This document shows, in pieces, positions 38,267 through 47,434 of a DNA stretch of 49,818 bases. The notes under the pieces were generated by a model. That model did not search any database. It was not told where the DNA came from and saw nothing but the letters and a program-made list of their open reading frames with translations. This stretch comes from an uncultured delta proteobacterium (GTDB taxonomy: Bacteria > Myxococcota > Kuafuiibacteriia > Kuafuiibacteriales > Kuafuiibacteriaceae). The stretch lies in the NCBI GenBank assembly GCA_963803435.1, contig CAWDML010000013.1, positions 1 to 49,818 of the forward strand, written 5' to 3'. Every line of letters starts with the position of its first letter. Within the stretch, counting starts at the first letter, position 1. Position numbers and translations under genes: made by a program.

Positions 38267-39451
38267 TCAGCTGGATCACTGATTTCTAGCGCATTTATCC
38301 GCGGTGGACCTGCTTTGTGCGTCTGCCGAAATCCATGATCTTGTCGAGGATCTCGTCGGCCGTCTTCGTCCATACGAAGGGCTTGCCTTCTTCGTTGTGC
38401 ACTTCGACGTAGTCGACGATCGCCTTGCGAAGTACCGGGACGCTGGTGTGGGAGCCGCGAGTGAGTGCTTCCTCGGTCAGCAGTGCGAAGAACCGTTCCA
38501 CCAGGTTTAGCCATGAGGAATAGGTTGGTGTGAAGTGGAGCTGGAAGCGCGGATTGCGTAGCAGCCACCTCTTAACCTGTGGAGTCTTGTGCGTCGCGAG
38601 GTTGTCGAGGATGACGTGAACGTCAAGTTCCGGCTCTACCGCGTTGTCGATCGTCCCGAGGAATGCGACGAAGTCCTTCGCTCGGTGTCGTGCCTTGGTC
38701 TGCGCGATGACCTTGCCCGTGGCGACGTTGAGGGCGGCGAAGAGGTCGAGCGTTCCGTGGCGGATGTAGTTGTGGGTCTGTCGCTCGGGCATCCCGAGAT
38801 CCATCGGAAGGATCGGTTGAGCACGCTCCAGCGCCTGGACCTGCGGCTTCTCGTCGAAGGAGAACACGACAGCGTTGTCGGGCGGGCTCATGTACAGACC
38901 GACGACGTCGCGAATCTTCGAGATGAACTGCGGATCGTTCGACAACTTGAAACCGCGAACGACGTGGGGCTTGAGGCCATGCGCCCGCCAGATCCGTCCG
39001 ACGCTACTGGCGCTCACCCCGGCATTCTTTGCCATCTTCCGCGTGCTCCAATGCGTACGGCCCTTCGGCGTCGTTTCCAGCGTTTGCACCACGATCTCTT
39101 CAACCTGATCATCACTGATCTTTCGCGGAGCGCCGACGCGAGGCTGGTCGTACAGCCCCTCGAGACGGCACTCCGCAAACCGCCTTCTCCACAGACGAAC
39201 GGTGTGGTGAGACACGTGATGGTTCCGCGCCACCGCCGCATCGGTCGCGCCAGTGGAACTGCTCAGCACCAGTTTCGCGCGAAGTGCCAGCTGTCGATTC
39301 GACCGCACGCGACGAGTCAATCGTTCGAGCTCGCGCTGTTCGTCGTCAGTCAGCGTGATCTCCGTTTTTCGAGGTCCTTTGTTCGCCCCCACGAACCACG
39401 TAGATCACACAAAGGATCTACACGCTAGAGATTTCGGACCCGGCTGACTAG
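38263..39451 (-). mobile_element. IS630-family insertion sequence, copy 2 (same orientation as copy 1)
   Basis: CTAG at 38263-38266 and 39448-39451; sequence and ORF translations match 1473-2661 at offset 36790. Confidence 0.95.
38295..39392 (-). CDS. IS630-family transposase (365 aa)
   Basis: Translation identical to 1505-2602. Confidence 0.95.
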   Translation of the reverse strand: MGANKGPRKTEITLTDDEQRELERLTRRVRSNRQLALRAKLVLSSSTGATDAAVARNHHVSHHTVRLWRRRFAECRLEGLYDQPRVGAPRKISDDQVEEIVVQTLETTPKGRTHWSTRKMAKNAGVSASSVGRIWRAHGLKPHVVRGFKLSNDPQFISKIRDVVGLYMSPPDNAVVFSFDEKPQVQALERAQPILPMDLGMPERQTHNYIRHGTLDLFAALNVATGKVIAQTKARHRAKDFVAFLGTIDNAVEPELDVHVILDNLATHKTPQVKRWLLRNPRFQLHFTPTYSSWLNLVERFFALLTEEALTRGSHTSVPVLRKAIVDYVEVHNEEGKPFVWTKTADEILDKIMDFGRRTKQVHRG

Positions 39452-39705
39452 CCCGTCGGGCGGCTCCAGATCAGCTCGCCGTTCCGGAACACCTGCTTCA
39501 CCCGGTGAAACGGGACGTGAATGGGGCGGCCCTCGTCGTCGATCAGCTCGAAGTCCGGATCGTCCGGGTGGCCGTAGCTCGCCTGCGCCAGCGGGATCAC
39601 GATGATTCGCCGCTCGACGCAATCGTAGTAGCCGAGCGCGAACTCCGCGTCGCCGAAGTCCGCGTCCCACCGGATCCGATTGAGGAGCTCGTGGATCGGC
39701 TGCAC
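39448..39705 (-). CDS. DUF504/MJ1316-like small protein
   Basis: PIHELLNRIRWD...GYYD...VPFHRVKQVFRNGELIWSR. Its TAG stop is part of the IS target CTAG. Confidence 0.85.
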   Translation of the reverse strand: MQPIHELLNRIRWDADFGDAEFALGYYDCVERRIIVIPLAQASYGHPDDPDFELIDDEGRPIHVPFHRVKQVFRNGELIWSRPTG

Positions 39706-39733
39706 GCTGACGTTGTTATAGGATCCGCGGCCG

Positions 39734-40519
39734 ATGAGCGACAACTCTACAGTCACACGCGAGCGTCGCGGTCACGTGCTCCTCCTCGGGCTCAACCGGC
39801 CCGAGAAGAAGAACGCCTTCAACCTGGCGATGCTCGCGGAGCTATCCCATGCCTATCGGGAGTACGAGGACGACCCGGAGCTCCGGTGCGCGGTGCTCCA
39901 TGCGCACGGCGACAGCTTCACCTCCGGCCTCGATCTCGCCGAGGTCGGCCCTGCGGTCGCGTCGGGCGACCCGCTGTTCCCGGAGGGCGGCATCGATCCG
40001 CTCGACCTGGCCGCGCCGCGCCGCACCAAGCCGGTGGTCGCGGCCATCAAAGGGTGGTGCCTCACCATCGGGATCGAGCTCCTGCTCGCCAGCGACATCC
40101 GCGTCTGCGCCGAGGGCACCCGCTTCCGGCAGATGGAGGTCAACCGCGGCATCATGCCGTTTGGAGGCGCGACCCTCCGCATGCCGGCGCTGACCGGCTG
40201 GGGCAACGCCATGCGCTGGATCCTCACCGGCGACGAGCTCGGCGCCGCTGAAGCGCTCCGCGTCGGCTGGGTGCAGGAGGTGACCCCGCTCGGGCAGGAG
40301 CTGGATCGCGCCGTGGCGATCGCGGAGAGCGTGGCGAAGCGCGCCCCGCTGGCTGTGGTCGCCACGCGGAGCTCCTGCCTGCTCGCCGCCGAGCGCGGCT
40401 TCGACGCCGGGCTCACCGGCATGATGGAGGAGGCGCGGCGCCTGCTCGGCACCGAGGACGCGGTGGAGGGGATGAGGTCGTTCGTCGAGCGCCGCGAGGC
40501 CCGCTTCACCGGGAAGTAG
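39734..40519 (+). CDS. Crotonase/enoyl-CoA hydratase family protein
   Basis: LNRPEKKNAF, FTSGLDL, GIELLLASDIR, EVNRGIMPFGG, SFVERREARFTG. Confidence 0.93.
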   Translation: MSDNSTVTRERRGHVLLLGLNRPEKKNAFNLAMLAELSHAYREYEDDPELRCAVLHAHGDSFTSGLDLAEVGPAVASGDPLFPEGGIDPLDLAAPRRTKPVVAAIKGWCLTIGIELLLASDIRVCAEGTRFRQMEVNRGIMPFGGATLRMPALTGWGNAMRWILTGDELGAAEALRVGWVQEVTPLGQELDRAVAIAESVAKRAPLAVVATRSSCLLAAERGFDAGLTGMMEEARRLLGTEDAVEGMRSFVERREARFTGK

Positions 40520-40522
40520 CGT

Positions 40523-41014
40523 TCAGCTCACCTCGACCAGCTCGCACTCGCGCGCGCCGCTCGGCGTGCGGATCGTGATCGCGTCTCCCCTGCGCTTCCC
40601 CAGCAGCGCACGTCCCACCGGAGCCTGCGGCGTCACCACCACCACCGTCCGCTCGTCCACCTCGATCTTACGACCGCCGGCGGCGGGCGCCAGCAGATAG
40701 ATCGTGACCCCGCCCTCCCCGTCTTCGGCCGTGACCAGCGCCGAGAGCGCGATCGGATCGCGGTCCTCGAACGCGCGCACCGTCAACGCCGAGAGCTTCG
40801 CCAGCGTCTCCTGCAGCTCCTCGACCCGCTGGGCCAGACCGCGCGCCAGGTACTGCGACTCGATCGCGCGCGTGTCCTTGTCGCTCTCCGCCCGCGCATC
40901 CTCGTGCACCGCGCCCTGGTGCGTGCTGCGGTGTGAGTCGGCGACCTTGGCCAGGTCCGCCTCCACCTCCGCGATCAGCTGCCGCAGCACCGCGTGCTTA
41001 TCGATCTCGCCCAT
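40523..41014 (-). CDS. GreA/GreB-family elongation-factor-like protein
   Basis: Coiled coil with AESDKDTRAIESQYLARG; C-terminal VTPQAPVGRALLGKRRGD. Confidence 0.85.
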   Translation of the reverse strand: MGEIDKHAVLRQLIAEVEADLAKVADSHRSTHQGAVHEDARAESDKDTRAIESQYLARGLAQRVEELQETLAKLSALTVRAFEDRDPIALSALVTAEDGEGGVTIYLLAPAAGGRKIEVDERTVVVVTPQAPVGRALLGKRRGDAITIRTPSGARECELVEVS

Positions 41015-41052
41015 CCGCTCGGACCTGCGCCGCCGCGGATAGTATCGGCGAC

Positions 41053-41178
41053 TCAACCACGGCGCCACCGACGGTGGCCGGCCCTCAACGTACGTCGAAC
41101 CACACCCTGACGAAGATTCAAACGATCCACCGCCTTCACCTCGACGACGACGGAGTCCTCAATCGAACGGCGCGCCAT
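41053..41178 (-). pseudogene. Possible remnant of a GxxExxY (PD-(D/E)XK) gene
   Basis: IEDSVVVEVKAVDRL followed directly by NLRQGVVRR resembles the VEDxVIVELKAVExL and LKDGIxR segments of that family. Confidence 0.4.
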
Positions 41179-41197
41179 CCCTGACCCTGGCCGCGCA

Positions 41198-42208
41198 TCA
41201 GTGGATGCGGTGCGCGCCGCGGAGCTCGTCCTCGAGGATCTGGGTGACGGCGGCCTTGCCGGTGCCGACGATCGCCGCCGGCTCACACGGGACGGAGGCG
41301 GTGAAGCCGTGCACGGCCACCTCGGTCGCGAGGTCCACCAGCACCGTGGTGACCAAGCAGGAGCCCACGTCACGGATCTGGGTCCGGAGGATATGCGTCG
41401 CCGCGAGGGCGCGGCCGAGCTCGATCTGGCACGCGTCGTCGTAGCACGGGCGGTAGCTCTCGAGCTTGGTCTCCTGCACCAGCGTATGGAGGGCCTCGGC
41501 CTGGACACCCCGATCGATCGTCGGGATCCCGAACATGGCGAGGCTCGCGCGAAGCTGGTCGCCGAGGGCCGCCGAGACGCTCGACGAGGTCGCGTTCTCC
41601 GGGCTCATCACCGCCACCACCCAGTCCGGTGCAGGCTCGACGGCATCGCCCGCCACCGCGAGGCGGACCTCGCTCACTGCGCTCACGTCGATGGTCCGCT
41701 CTACGGGCTCGAGCCCTGCGAAGCGCGCCACGTAGCGCTGCTTCGAGGGCGCGAGCTCGACCTCGGACGCAGATCCGAGGCTGCGCAGGAGGAGGATGAC
41801 GCCGTCGATCGCCCCGCCCATCGTCGGGATGGCGGCGCCGAGGAACAGCGGAAGCGGGATCTGCTCCTCGCTCTGCTGCTGGAGCCCGACGGCGAGACCG
41901 AACAGCCCGAGCCCGACGGTCAGCTCCGCGAGCGTGGTCCACAGCTGCGCGGCGAGCTTGGGCGTCCTGGTGGTTCGCGCCACCGTATAGTCGACCTGGT
42001 CGGTGAGCGGCGACGGCCCCAGGCCCACCACCTCGCCCTCGGGCGTGACCCGCTCCACCGGTGCCCCCGGCGGGAACGTCTCCACCGCCACCGCTTGGTG
42101 TTGCTGGATCCGATCCTCGGTGACTTCGTCCCACCCGACGATCGCCTGCATCGCCACGGCGCAGCCGCTCGAGCTGAACGCCAGCAGGATCACCGCCCAC
42201 GATCGCAT
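41198..42208 (-). CDS. Hypothetical lipoprotein with two internal hydrophobic helices and a CsgG/DUF2380-like C-terminal domain
   Basis: FSSSGC lipobox; C-terminal CYDDACQIELGRALAATHIL pattern. Confidence 0.65.
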   Translation of the reverse strand: MRSWAVILLAFSSSGCAVAMQAIVGWDEVTEDRIQQHQAVAVETFPPGAPVERVTPEGEVVGLGPSPLTDQVDYTVARTTRTPKLAAQLWTTLAELTVGLGLFGLAVGLQQQSEEQIPLPLFLGAAIPTMGGAIDGVILLLRSLGSASEVELAPSKQRYVARFAGLEPVERTIDVSAVSEVRLAVAGDAVEPAPDWVVAVMSPENATSSSVSAALGDQLRASLAMFGIPTIDRGVQAEALHTLVQETKLESYRPCYDDACQIELGRALAATHILRTQIRDVGSCLVTTVLVDLATEVAVHGFTASVPCEPAAIVGTGKAAVTQILEDELRGAHRIH

Positions 42209-42360
42209 CGCGGGAGACGCTACGAGGTGGAGCGTTCCGCGCCCAGGGGCGCCGCCTCTGTGACCGCCCACATCCGCGCCGCGGGCCCTACGCCGAGCGC
42301 TTCCTGTCGCCGGTCTTGCGAGCCGCAGTACGGGCGTCAAGCCCGTGGTAGGAGAGGAGT

Positions 42361-42693
42361 GTGCACCCCTTCTTCGAGGTGTTGCAGGCGGCGCTGGTCG
42401 CCCGGCCGACGGGATCCGTAGCGGGGCGCATTCACTTCCGCATCCTCGGCATCGAGGAGGAGGGGGTTCTGGTCGACCTCGGCCGCCGGACCACGCGCGC
42501 GCAGCCGCTCGATCCCACCGCCGAGCTCACCATCTTCTGCGATCGGACGCAGCTCGACGCGATGCTCGAGTCGGGGTTCACGGCGAGGCCGCTCCGCTAC
42601 GTCGGCGATCGCACCCTGCTCGACGATCTCGGCGCCTTGATGCAGCCGGCGAAGAGCCCTCTCTCGGTCCGCTTCGACGGAGAGGATCGGTGA
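42361..42693 (+). CDS. Small protein with possible SCP2-like fold
   Basis: RIHFRI...VLVDL...AELTIFCD...LRYVGD pattern; GGAG-rich RBS; GTGA overlap with the next gene. Confidence 0.55.
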   Translation: MHPFFEVLQAALVARPTGSVAGRIHFRILGIEEEGVLVDLGRRTTRAQPLDPTAELTIFCDRTQLDAMLESGFTARPLRYVGDRTLLDDLGALMQPAKSPLSVRFDGEDR

Positions 42694-44585
42694 CCGATCC
42701 GATCCGAACGAAGTCACTCGGTGCGCCCCTCGAAGTCCGGGGCGTGGATGAAGAACGTCCAGCTCAGAGGTCGGGCGAAGCGGCTGGGGCGGCGCCCGCC
42801 CCCGTCGGTGGAGAGTACGGCGCGCTCAGGCTCGAGCTCTCCCGCCGGCAGCTCCGGCTGATCGACGCCCAGCGCTACGTCCGCCAGGCGCTCGGCACCT
42901 CGCCGCTTCTCGAGACGGACGTCGCGCTCGAGGAGGCGGCCAGCGCGCTCATGCGCGGCGCGCTGGGAGAGGAGCCCCTCCACGACGCCCGGCTCGCCGC
43001 GATCGTGAGGCACGCCCTGGCGCGGGACGAGTCGGGGCTCTCGAAGCTGATCGACGTCATCGAGTCGCAGCGGGTCGGGTTCCGAAACGAGGTCGAGCGC
43101 GCGGGTCGCGACGTCGCCGGCTTCAACCGCGCGCTCGACGGGATCCTCGATCAACTGGCCGAGCAGGCGCTCCGGAGCCTCGGCCAGCGCGCCGGCTCCA
43201 GCGATCGAGCCGCTGCGATGCGTTCGATCCTCGCCGCCGGCCGAACGCTCGGCTGCGGTTTCTCCACCACCGCGCTCTATCTGTCCTTTCACTACGACTA
43301 CGACCTCGCGAACGGCTTCACCAACGAGCCGGGGCTCCCCGAGCTCGTGAAAAAGGTCGACGCGACCGGTGGCGCGATCGTCGGCGTCGGAGGCGCGATC
43401 TTCGACATCGGCTCCACCGGCTCCGATCTGATCGTCTCGGTCGACGCCAGCCCCCTGATCGCGGACTGCATCCACGTCTTCACCGCCATCCTCCTTGCCG
43501 TCGACGCCCTGGTGGAGAAGACCGGCTGGGACGACGAGCGCCGCGCCCAGGAGGTCCAGCTCCGCCTCACGCGCGGCGCGCATCCGGAGACGATCGCCGA
43601 GCTGGAGCGGCTCGGGCTCCCCGGCCGGCTGCGCGACGCGCTGCCCTCGCTTCTCGACGCGCTGGCGAACAAGCTCGCCGGCAAGACGCAGGAGGCGAAC
43701 CCGATCCCTCAGGATCTCTGGTGTCGCTCGGATCGTCAGGGGGAGCGCGTCCTGCACCTGACGCGGCTCGCGCTCGAGGGTCGGATCGTGGCGCTCACCG
43801 CCGATCTGGCCGACCCGAGGATCAGCGATCGAGTGAACGCGCTGCTCCGCGCGCACGGGACGGTGGCGAAGGTCGTCCACTTCTCGAACGCCCTCGACTA
43901 CATCGCGGACATCCGCGGGGCCTGCCGCGCCTTCGGCGGCCTCGCGCTCCACCCGGACGCGGTCCTCACCACCGCCGTCGGTGCTCAGCTGCGCGATCCG
44001 GTGGAGGCTGCCGAGCCGGACGGCGCCGGGATCCTGGCCCAGCTCGGGAGCTCGCACCGTCCGGCGCAGAACCCGGCGGCGCGCTGGCTCGGTGAGGGCA
44101 AGCTCGGAGATCTGTTGCATCAGGTCGCCTGGGAGACGACCCGTCACGTGCGGGACCTGGTGACCTGGAGCGCGAAGCTCTTGATGGTGAACGGCGACGC
44201 GCCGACGCCGACCTCCATCGAGGAGTACCGCGCGCTGATCGATCGAATGGTCGCGGAGGCGTTCGCGGATCCGGCCCGGGCGAACGAAAAGCTGCTGATG
44301 CGGCTTCGCAACCTCGGTCGTCTCGCCGCCTACGCGCTGGCGGACGATCGACCGCCGCTCTCCGGCATGGACTACCGCTTGCCTCGGAGCTTCGCCGAGC
44401 TCGCGCCGATCGCGGATCAGATCGACGCCGAGTTCTGGAGCAAGCCGGGTCGAAAGGAGCGCTTCCTGACCGAGACGCTCGCACGGCACGGGATCGAGGC
44501 AAAGATGGATCTCACAGAGCGCGCCAAGAGCTGTCGATCGTACGAAGACCTCCGCGACCTCGAGCTCGCGATCAGGAACGGCTGA
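42690..44585 (+). CDS. Hypothetical protein with a central SAM-methyltransferase-like domain
   Basis: 631-aa ORF; FTNE...GGAIVGVGG...IVSVDAS...LTADLAD...VHFSNALDY follows a Rossmann methyltransferase-like motif order. Confidence 0.65.
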   Translation: MTDPIRTKSLGAPLEVRGVDEERPAQRSGEAAGAAPAPVGGEYGALRLELSRRQLRLIDAQRYVRQALGTSPLLETDVALEEAASALMRGALGEEPLHDARLAAIVRHALARDESGLSKLIDVIESQRVGFRNEVERAGRDVAGFNRALDGILDQLAEQALRSLGQRAGSSDRAAAMRSILAAGRTLGCGFSTTALYLSFHYDYDLANGFTNEPGLPELVKKVDATGGAIVGVGGAIFDIGSTGSDLIVSVDASPLIADCIHVFTAILLAVDALVEKTGWDDERRAQEVQLRLTRGAHPETIAELERLGLPGRLRDALPSLLDALANKLAGKTQEANPIPQDLWCRSDRQGERVLHLTRLALEGRIVALTADLADPRISDRVNALLRAHGTVAKVVHFSNALDYIADIRGACRAFGGLALHPDAVLTTAVGAQLRDPVEAAEPDGAGILAQLGSSHRPAQNPAARWLGEGKLGDLLHQVAWETTRHVRDLVTWSAKLLMVNGDAPTPTSIEEYRALIDRMVAEAFADPARANEKLLMRLRNLGRLAAYALADDRPPLSGMDYRLPRSFAELAPIADQIDAEFWSKPGRKERFLTETLARHGIEAKMDLTERAKSCRSYEDLRDLELAIRNG

Positions 44586-44842
44586 GCCGACGCGCGTCGT
44601 CCGGTTCGCAGCGCGACAGGGGCGGTGTCGAGCTCGCGTTGGTGCTGTCGCGCCGCAGGAGCGAACCGGGTCGGCCGCCATCGCAGGATGGCGCGAAGGA
44701 TGGCGCGATGTCGTGGGCGGTGCCTTCGGGCGCCGTCGCGGGTCACTTCGCGAGCTGCTCGGTCTGCTTCGCATCCAGCCCGTGCTGGAGCTCGTCGCGC
44801 TGCGGGATCCGTTGGAATCGAGCGTACGCGCGGCCTCGGTGC

Positions 44843-45199
44843 TCACATGGAGAGGAAGCGCTGGAAGAAGGCACGATAGCGCTGCAGCGTCATGCGCAGG
44901 TCCTCGGTCGAGACGTCCTCGCCCCGCGACCAGCTCCCCTCCAGGTTCCCGCGCTCCCGCGTGAACGCCTCGCTCAGCTGGCGCATACAGCGGTCGACCA
45001 GCTCGTCGGCGCGCGCCACCGCGTCGCGCGGATCGTCGACGAAGTCGGCCTGTATGCTCTGCCAGGCGCCGCGCAGCTCGCGCTTGGAGTGCTCCGGAAG
45101 CAGGTTCACATCGAGGGCGGAGTTGGCGAGATGCTCGGTCTCCACCTCCTCCACCCCGCGTTCGTACGCCGTTTCGTAAGGTTCATGGATGTCACTCAT
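44843..45199 (-). CDS. Conserved helical hypothetical protein
   Basis: WQSIQADFVDDPRDAVARADELV...STEDLRMTLQRYRAFFQRFL; AAGGAGAG RBS. Confidence 0.85.
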   Translation of the reverse strand: MSDIHEPYETAYERGVEEVETEHLANSALDVNLLPEHSKRELRGAWQSIQADFVDDPRDAVARADELVDRCMRQLSEAFTRERGNLEGSWSRGEDVSTEDLRMTLQRYRAFFQRFLSM

Positions 45200-45211
45200 C
45201 TTTTCTCTCCT

Positions 45212-45673
45212 TCAGCGATCGAGCAGGTCTTCGAACAGCGAGCGGTAGAGCACGATCGCTCGACGCTGGAGCAGCGCGACGAACGCCAGCGCCACGGTCT
45301 CCTTCGACTCCGCGATCTGCGACGGATCGGGGAAGAGGCGGGCGTCGGGGGCCGGCAAAATCCACCGCTCCGGCTCCATCTCGCCGATCTCGGAGGGGTC
45401 CGCGATCGGCTCGCGCTCGAGCTGCGGAAGCTCACGGCGCCGCCGTCGCTCCAGCGCGTCGATGCACGCGTTCGTCGCGATGGCGTAGAGCCAGCGCTGA
45501 ACCGTGGCGTCGCCCCGATAGCTCTCCTTGGCCCTCCACGCCTTCAACAGCGTCTCCTGGGTGAGGTCCTCTGCCTCCGCGAACGAGCCGAGCATGCGAT
45601 AGCAGTGACGGAGCAAGGCTGCTCGGTGCGCAGCGAGCGCGGCCTCGAGATCGGCGGTCACCGGCGAGACCAT
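45212..45673 (-). pseudogene. Truncated SigG-like ECF sigma factor lacking sigma4, fused to a foreign C-terminus
   Basis: HCYRMLGSFAEAEDLTQETLLKAWR...WLYAIATNAC...ETVALAFVALLQR, then RAIVLYRSLFEDLLDR* instead of LPP.QRA... Confidence 0.8.
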
Positions 45674-45752
45674 ACTCGCGAGTCCCGGGAGAGGGGGAAG
45701 GAGGCTGAAGGCGATGCTCGAGCCGCCGATGCTGCGCGTGCCCACCCGAATG

Positions 45753-45902
45753 TCAGCGTACGATCCGAGAGAACGATCCGCTCGGCAGCGTCTGGGCTTC
45801 CTCGAAGCGATCGACGGCCAGCTCGACCTCGCTCAGGATCCTGCGAGCGTGATCGAGGAACACGCGCCCCGCCGGGAGCAGGCGTACTCCGCGAGAATGC
45901 CC
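45753..45902 (-). pseudogene. LysR-type HTH fragment (wing and linker helix only)
   Basis: HSRGVRLLPAGRVFLDHARRILSEVELA...*, directly after the hydrolase stop; no start codon or N-terminal HTH. Confidence 0.7.
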
Positions 45903-47069
45903 TCAGGCCTCGGCGGCGGTATCCAGGTACTCCAGAAGGTCGGTGAGCAGGGCGTGGCCCTGGATCTTCTGCGAGGACTGCATGCCCATGTGGGGATCGA
46001 GCGAAGCGCTCACGGTCGGGCGCGAACCCGGGACCGCGTGACCGTTGTCGTCGAGCTGGATGACGGCGACCAGCCCGGTCTCTCTGTCGCCGGCGGATCG
46101 AACCCGGACGCCGGGCTGCACCAGGGCTCCGAGAAACTTCGGGAGCTGGCGGTCGTTCAGCGGTCCCGCGCCGTTTCGCTCGGCGAAGAAGCGGGCGGCG
46201 GTGTCGGGCGCGATGAAGTCGTTCTGGAGCACGCTCGAAGGTCCGCCCGGCGGCACGATGCGATCCTTCGCGCCCTCCACGAAGATGATGTGGGTCGGGC
46301 CGACTCGACCGAATCGCAAGATCTCTGGCGAGGTGGGGCCCGAGAACGAGATGGCGGCCGAGACCGTGCCGGCAGCCGCGAGCTTGGCTGCGAGCGCGCC
46401 GCCGTTCGAGAAACCGACCGCGACCGTGCGGGCGCGATCCATCGTCAGGCTCGGCAGGCGCGCGCCCTCGGTGAAGCGATCGAGCTGACCGCCCAGTCGA
46501 TCGAGGATGAACTCGATCAACGCGGGACCGTCCTCGGTGGAGAGCGGACCGGCCGCGCCCTTCATGCCGTCGTGCGACCGAAGCATCGGGTGCATGGGCC
46601 CCCTGAGGGCCCCGCGGCTGCCTCCCAGCGCGATCGCGACGGCGCCGCTGTTGACCGCCGCTTCCGACAAACCGGAACGTGCGGTGTGGTGACGCGGCGA
46701 GTCGGAGAAGCCGTGCGCGTCGATGACGACGCGCACAGGTTCGCCCGACCAGGCCGGATGCCCGGCCGCAGGGAGATGAACGAGCGCGTTGTGGATCATC
46801 CCCTGGTGACTGATGAGGAGCTCGAACCCGAGCCCCGATCCGGTGAGGTCCGCGGGGCGGGCGCGGCGGACCGTGATCTCGTCCGCCAGCGTCAACAGTG
46901 GATTGAGGGCCACCATCGCCTGCAGGTACGTGCGACCCGAGATGACGTCGTACAGATCGCCGTGGCGCGCGAAATCCGGAGTGAAATGGTCCGTCAGGTC
47001 CACCAGCCAAGAAGCTGCGCGCGGCGAGACCCTCAGCACTGATCGAGTATCGGCGCTGATCGAACCCAT
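45903..47069 (-). CDS. Alpha/beta-hydrolase (PHB depolymerase/esterase-like)
   Basis: VVIDAHG, nucleophile elbow VGFSNGG, GAKDRIVP, NGHAVPG; probable start ATG 47069. Confidence 0.75.
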   Translation of the reverse strand: MGSISADTRSVLRVSPRAASWLVDLTDHFTPDFARHGDLYDVISGRTYLQAMVALNPLLTLADEITVRRARPADLTGSGLGFELLISHQGMIHNALVHLPAAGHPAWSGEPVRVVIDAHGFSDSPRHHTARSGLSEAAVNSGAVAIALGGSRGALRGPMHPMLRSHDGMKGAAGPLSTEDGPALIEFILDRLGGQLDRFTEGARLPSLTMDRARTVAVGFSNGGALAAKLAAAGTVSAAISFSGPTSPEILRFGRVGPTHIIFVEGAKDRIVPPGGPSSVLQNDFIAPDTAARFFAERNGAGPLNDRQLPKFLGALVQPGVRVRSAGDRETGLVAVIQLDDNGHAVPGSRPTVSASLDPHMGMQSSQKIQGHALLTDLLEYLDTAAEA

Positions 47070-47434
47070 GTTGCCGGTAGACGCGCAGCTGCACCCGCGC
47101 CGGCGGGTTGACCGCGTACGCCCGTTCGCATTGCGGCCGGCAGGCGAGCGCCGCGCCGCGGTGGTGGCACCGCGGTCGCTCTGGTGCGAAGCCCAGGCGG
47201 ACTGCTTCCTCTTCCGGGCGCATGCGAAGACGCCCCTGGACCTGCGATTGGTCGCAGATGACGTCGCGATCGATCCGGGCCGAGAGGCGGACGTCGGCTC
47301 GTTCCACGTCGTGCACTCCTGGTCGGTGCGGACGTGGGCCGACCAAAGTTGCACCGACGTACTCAGCGCGTTCTCGTCCGGCGCAGTGGTCCGACGTTGA
47401 GGGCTGACGGGCGCGCGCGACGTCGCGATGTCGC

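Noticed and set aside
47070-47400. Plus-strand frame with coding-like third positions upstream of the hydrolase
   Set aside because: No recognisable motif or clear start; left unannotated.
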